DNA of 64,000 nucleotides. It comes from an uncultured virus (IMG/VR IMGVR_UViG_3300025128_000028). Lineage: Duplodnaviria; Heunggongvirae; Uroviricota; Caudoviricetes. Every line of letters begins with the position of its first letter. Within the stretch, counting starts at the first letter, position 1. The position numbers were made by a program, and so were the translations under genes. The stretch lies in the IMG/VR virus record IMGVR_UViG_3300025128_000028; one strand, given 5' to 3'. This document shows, piece after piece, positions 60,702 through 64,000 of the stretch. The notes beneath the pieces were generated by a model that had not been told where the DNA came from, ran no database searches, and saw nothing but the letters and a program-made list of their open reading frames with translations.

Positions 60702-61712
60702 TTAATTCAAATTTCCTTGATTTAATTTTTCTATTGATTCTGTTAATTTTTGGATTAATACTTTTTCAACTTGATCAAAGTTTTGAGTTTCATAAAGCAT
60801 ACCTCTAAATAATTTTCTCATGGGTTTTACGGTGTCTTCAATGTGATTAAACCAAATACAAAATATGGGTATTTCTTGGTTTTTTGCTTCTATGACTGAA
60901 CGTTCCATTAAATTACGTGGTATATCTGAATTTTCAAATTTTAATCTCATTCCTTTTTTTAGTGATCTTGATCTGCCTGTATAATCTCGATCAATAGTCC
61001 AAACAATTTCTGGGTATCCGTCAGTTATCATTAAAATTAATTTTTTGTTATCTGAATTAGTTTTTAAAATTTCTTCAACGGCATAATTAATATTCAAATT
61101 ATGATTATCGTGATAATCTTCAAAGTCAGCGTGGATACGTCCGCATTTTTCTTTTTTGTCGATTATTTCAACAACGTGCTGATAGTCATGCGATTTAGCT
61201 GAAAAAGCTATAACTTTGAAATTTACTTGATCTGATTTTTCTAGGGCTTGAAAAATTGAAGCGGATAAATCAGCTAATTTTTGATTTAATCTACTCATTG
61301 AACCTGAACAATCAATTAATAAAATTATGTCGATTCCGTTTTTTTCTGATTCTTCTTCAAAAAATTCTAAGTTTTGAATTGTCTTTGCACGTTTATCAAC
61401 TTTGTATCTGATAAATTCATTAATTTCTAAATCTCCACTTTCAGAAATTTCCGTTGTAATTTGTCCCTTAATTTTATTCAATGTTTGTGTTAATCTGTTT
61501 GATAATTGGGAATTTATTGTAAAACCCTTATCAGAACGATTTGTAAAAATTGGTTTTTTCTCGTGTGATAATTTGAATAAATCTTCTTCAACAAGATCCC
61601 AATCAGCATTAACACCGTATCCGCCTGAAGATCCACCATTTGACATAATGAATCTAGAATAGTTTTCTTTATAACTCTTGTGCATCTGTGGACTTAGTGA
61701 AATTTTGATCAT
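60702..61712 (-). CDS. VWA (MIDAS) domain protein, CobT/NorD-like
   Basis: LLIDCSGSM and MITDGYP motifs. Confidence 0.88.
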   Translation of the reverse strand: MIKISLSPQMHKSYKENYSRFIMSNGGSSGGYGVNADWDLVEEDLFKLSHEKKPIFTNRSDKGFTINSQLSNRLTQTLNKIKGQITTEISESGDLEINEFIRYKVDKRAKTIQNLEFFEEESEKNGIDIILLIDCSGSMSRLNQKLADLSASIFQALEKSDQVNFKVIAFSAKSHDYQHVVEIIDKKEKCGRIHADFEDYHDNHNLNINYAVEEILKTNSDNKKLILMITDGYPEIVWTIDRDYTGRSRSLKKGMRLKFENSDIPRNLMERSVIEAKNQEIPIFCIWFNHIEDTVKPMRKLFRGMLYETQNFDQVEKVLIQKLTESIEKLNQGNLN

Positions 61713-61895
61713 TTTTTACCGCTTTTTTCGATTTGTTAGGAATGTTAAAATCCTTAGCTTATTAAATGTTTGTTTTTTCAGTTTTTCGGTAAAATTTAAC
61801 CTAAGCTAAAAAAGTTGCACTAAGCTAACTTTTTAATTTTAAAAAATATATATTTTTTTGAAATATATAAAAAAAAGGAAAAAAGAAATTTAGAT

Positions 61896-63308
61896 TTAAT
61901 TGAAAATTAAATCTATTTCTCTTTGAATGGTTTTTCGATCTTCTTTGTCGCTAAATTTTGTTATATAATTTGCTTCAAAGCTTGTTTGTACTGCATTTGG
62001 TATTTCCAAATGTTCGAATTCTTCAATATCTTCTAAAATTGCCTTCATTGAACGAACGCTTAGAGATTCTTCATTTGACAATTTCATTTGACCTTGTAAA
62101 AGATCTAGTTTGTCGTCCAATTTACAAAGTTTTTCTTTGAATTCTTTTGAAACGTTGTAAGGTTCAAAAATTTTCATTTTTGTTTCAAACGTTAAACGCT
62201 TCATTTCTATGTATCTAAACCTATTTCGAATAGGCTTGTTTAATGGATTTGTTCCGCTGTAGTTGTCATTCATAGTAATGACAACATTGAATTTTACACC
62301 TTTATTGATTTTTATTCGTCCGTCAGGCAAATCAATAAAGCCTGTGTCGTCAGTTAGTCCCTGTAATAAAATTTGGACTTTTGGAATTAATGCGTTTCCT
62401 TCATCTAGGATTAAAATTGCTTTGCCTGTTTTGTTGCCTGTTAAAACAGCTTTGACAATCATTCCGCATACGATTTTTACTCGTTCTTGTTCGTCTATTG
62501 TTTTTGATCCGATTAGATCATTTTTTCTAGAGTCAGCAGAACAAGAGTATTTGAAAACACTTGTATCACGTTCATGACCATACAAACAAGCCAATTCGGT
62601 TTTACCTGTTCCCGCCTGACCAACTAAAACAATATGTTTTCCGCTATCCATTAAAGCGAAAAATATTTGTTTTTCGTTTTTTTGCTCAAAATATTTTTTG
62701 GCTTCTGCTATTTTGAATTCAGAAGGATCGAATACAATAAATTTTTGAGGTATGTTTTCAGATTTAAAACCGCTAAATCTATCAGCTATTCTTTTTTCAT
62801 GAGCAATTTTTTTGGCTTCTGCTATTTTTTTTGCTTCAATTTCGATAGCTAATTTTTTAGCTCGTTCTAATTCTTCAGCTTTTTTCAAGTTTTCGATTCT
62901 TGTTTTTTCTAATTCTTCAGCTTGGATTTGTTGCATTTCTTGGCTTTGCCTTAGTGCTTCTTGTCTTCTGCTGATAGATTCAGAAGATTCCGAATTTTCA
63001 AAAGTTGATTCGGTGTCTTGTTTTTCGGTTGATTCTTGTTCGGTTTTTTCTTCTTGGCTTTGACTTTGAGAAAATTTATAAAATTTTCTTATTGTCGAAC
63101 CTTGACTTTGTTGAGTTTTGCTTGTAAAACCTCTAAGATATTTTGTCAAAGATTCTTCAAAAGTCAAATCTTTTGTGTTGATATCTCGTTCAAGCATGGT
63201 TGAAAATTTACCTAACAAGGATCTAGTAGGTTGAGAATTTTGCATTTTACCCTGTGATTGTTCACTAGATATAAAATCCTCTATTTCTGTTGGTGTGATT
63301 TGCTTCAA
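61896..63308 (-). CDS. MoxR/CbbQ/CobS-like AAA+ ATPase with N-terminal coiled coil
   Basis: GQAGTGKT, ILILDEGN, TMN and RNRF motifs. Confidence 0.9.
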   Translation of the reverse strand: MKQITPTEIEDFISSEQSQGKMQNSQPTRSLLGKFSTMLERDINTKDLTFEESLTKYLRGFTSKTQQSQGSTIRKFYKFSQSQSQEEKTEQESTEKQDTESTFENSESSESISRRQEALRQSQEMQQIQAEELEKTRIENLKKAEELERAKKLAIEIEAKKIAEAKKIAHEKRIADRFSGFKSENIPQKFIVFDPSEFKIAEAKKYFEQKNEKQIFFALMDSGKHIVLVGQAGTGKTELACLYGHERDTSVFKYSCSADSRKNDLIGSKTIDEQERVKIVCGMIVKAVLTGNKTGKAILILDEGNALIPKVQILLQGLTDDTGFIDLPDGRIKINKGVKFNVVITMNDNYSGTNPLNKPIRNRFRYIEMKRLTFETKMKIFEPYNVSKEFKEKLCKLDDKLDLLQGQMKLSNEESLSVRSMKAILEDIEEFEHLEIPNAVQTSFEANYITKFSDKEDRKTIQREIDLIFN

Positions 63309-63900
63309 CTTAAGGAATCTTGGATATTTTATATATATTAATCTTTAAACGGTCAAAATGGGCTTCTTTTGTCAAATAGGGCTTATTTTGGGCTTATTCG
63401 TATATATTTCTTTTTTGGGTTTTTGTTTTTGTAAAAATAATAGGTAAATTCTCAAATTGTGGACTTAAGGAATTTTCATATATTTTTTCAAAAATCAGAT
63501 CGGTTTAGCACTATTTTCAACTAGTGCCAAAATCGTATTTTTGTTAGGAATGTTAAAACTATTCCTAATATAAATGAACTAGTCCCTTTAGGCGTGGATT
63601 TTTGGGAATTATATAAAAAATAAAAAAAGAAGAATAACAGATTAATTTTTATTTTCAATCTGTTTAATTATGTGATCGGCTAAATCCACTAATTCAAAAA
63701 AATCTAATCGTGCAATTAAATTTTCTTGTATTTGTTTTTGACTTTTTGCCATGAATTATATTGAAAAATTCGATTAAGGGTTTTAGAGTCAATTATAATT
63801 GATTTTTTATATAAATTTTTTTGGGAATTGTTGAAAAAAAAATAAAGTAAGTAAAAACAGTATTTTTGACTTAATGAATTAAAAAATATATATTTCAATC

Positions 63901-64000
63901 AAAGCTCAATTTTTAACCTAAGCTAATAGTTTTAGCCTAAGCTAACAATTTTAGCGTTTTTTGAAAAAAATTGGGCGATCATTCACTTATAATCGTTTTT
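63901..64000 (+). repeat. Terminal direct repeat, right copy
   Basis: Matches 1-100 with one mismatch. Confidence 0.95.

Noticed and set aside
60702..63308. Cobalamin-synthesis auxiliary genes cobS/cobT
   Set aside because: No cobN or other cob genes; motifs only support a generic MoxR-type AAA+ and VWA pair
1..64000. tRNA genes, amoC-type metabolic genes, integrase
   Set aside because: None recognised by eye; tRNAscan-SE and HMM searches are needed to exclude them firmly

Overview
The window looks like an essentially complete ~63.9 kb genome of a tailed archaeal virus (Caudoviricetes, siphovirus-like). Bases 1-100 recur at 63901-64000 with one mismatch. An archaeal, probably Nitrososphaerota (thaumarchaeal), host is inferred from archaeal-type RadA, PolB and MCM, TATA-box leaderless promoters and frequent TTG starts. 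It encodes portal, protease, scaffold, capsid, non-contractile tail and terminase modules, an adhesin/fibre block (30-41 kb), a primase-polymerase/MCM fusion, three adenine-modifying enzymes, a MoxR/CobS-like AAA+ and VWA pair, and many zinc-finger microproteins. No integrase, tRNA, CRISPR array or reverse transcriptase was recognised. The most notable observations are: (1) paralogous adhesins built from one small split scaffold domain with interchangeable domains nested inside; (2) a fibre with 33 His repeats at a 14-residue period; (3) a -1 frameshift site in the tail chaperone; (4) candidate structured RNAs and shared repeat motifs bracketing an AT-rich 56-64 kb segment; (5) a GATC-rich repeat cluster; (6) an apparent ATA start codon for PolB. 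All calls come from reading motifs by eye; no searches were run.
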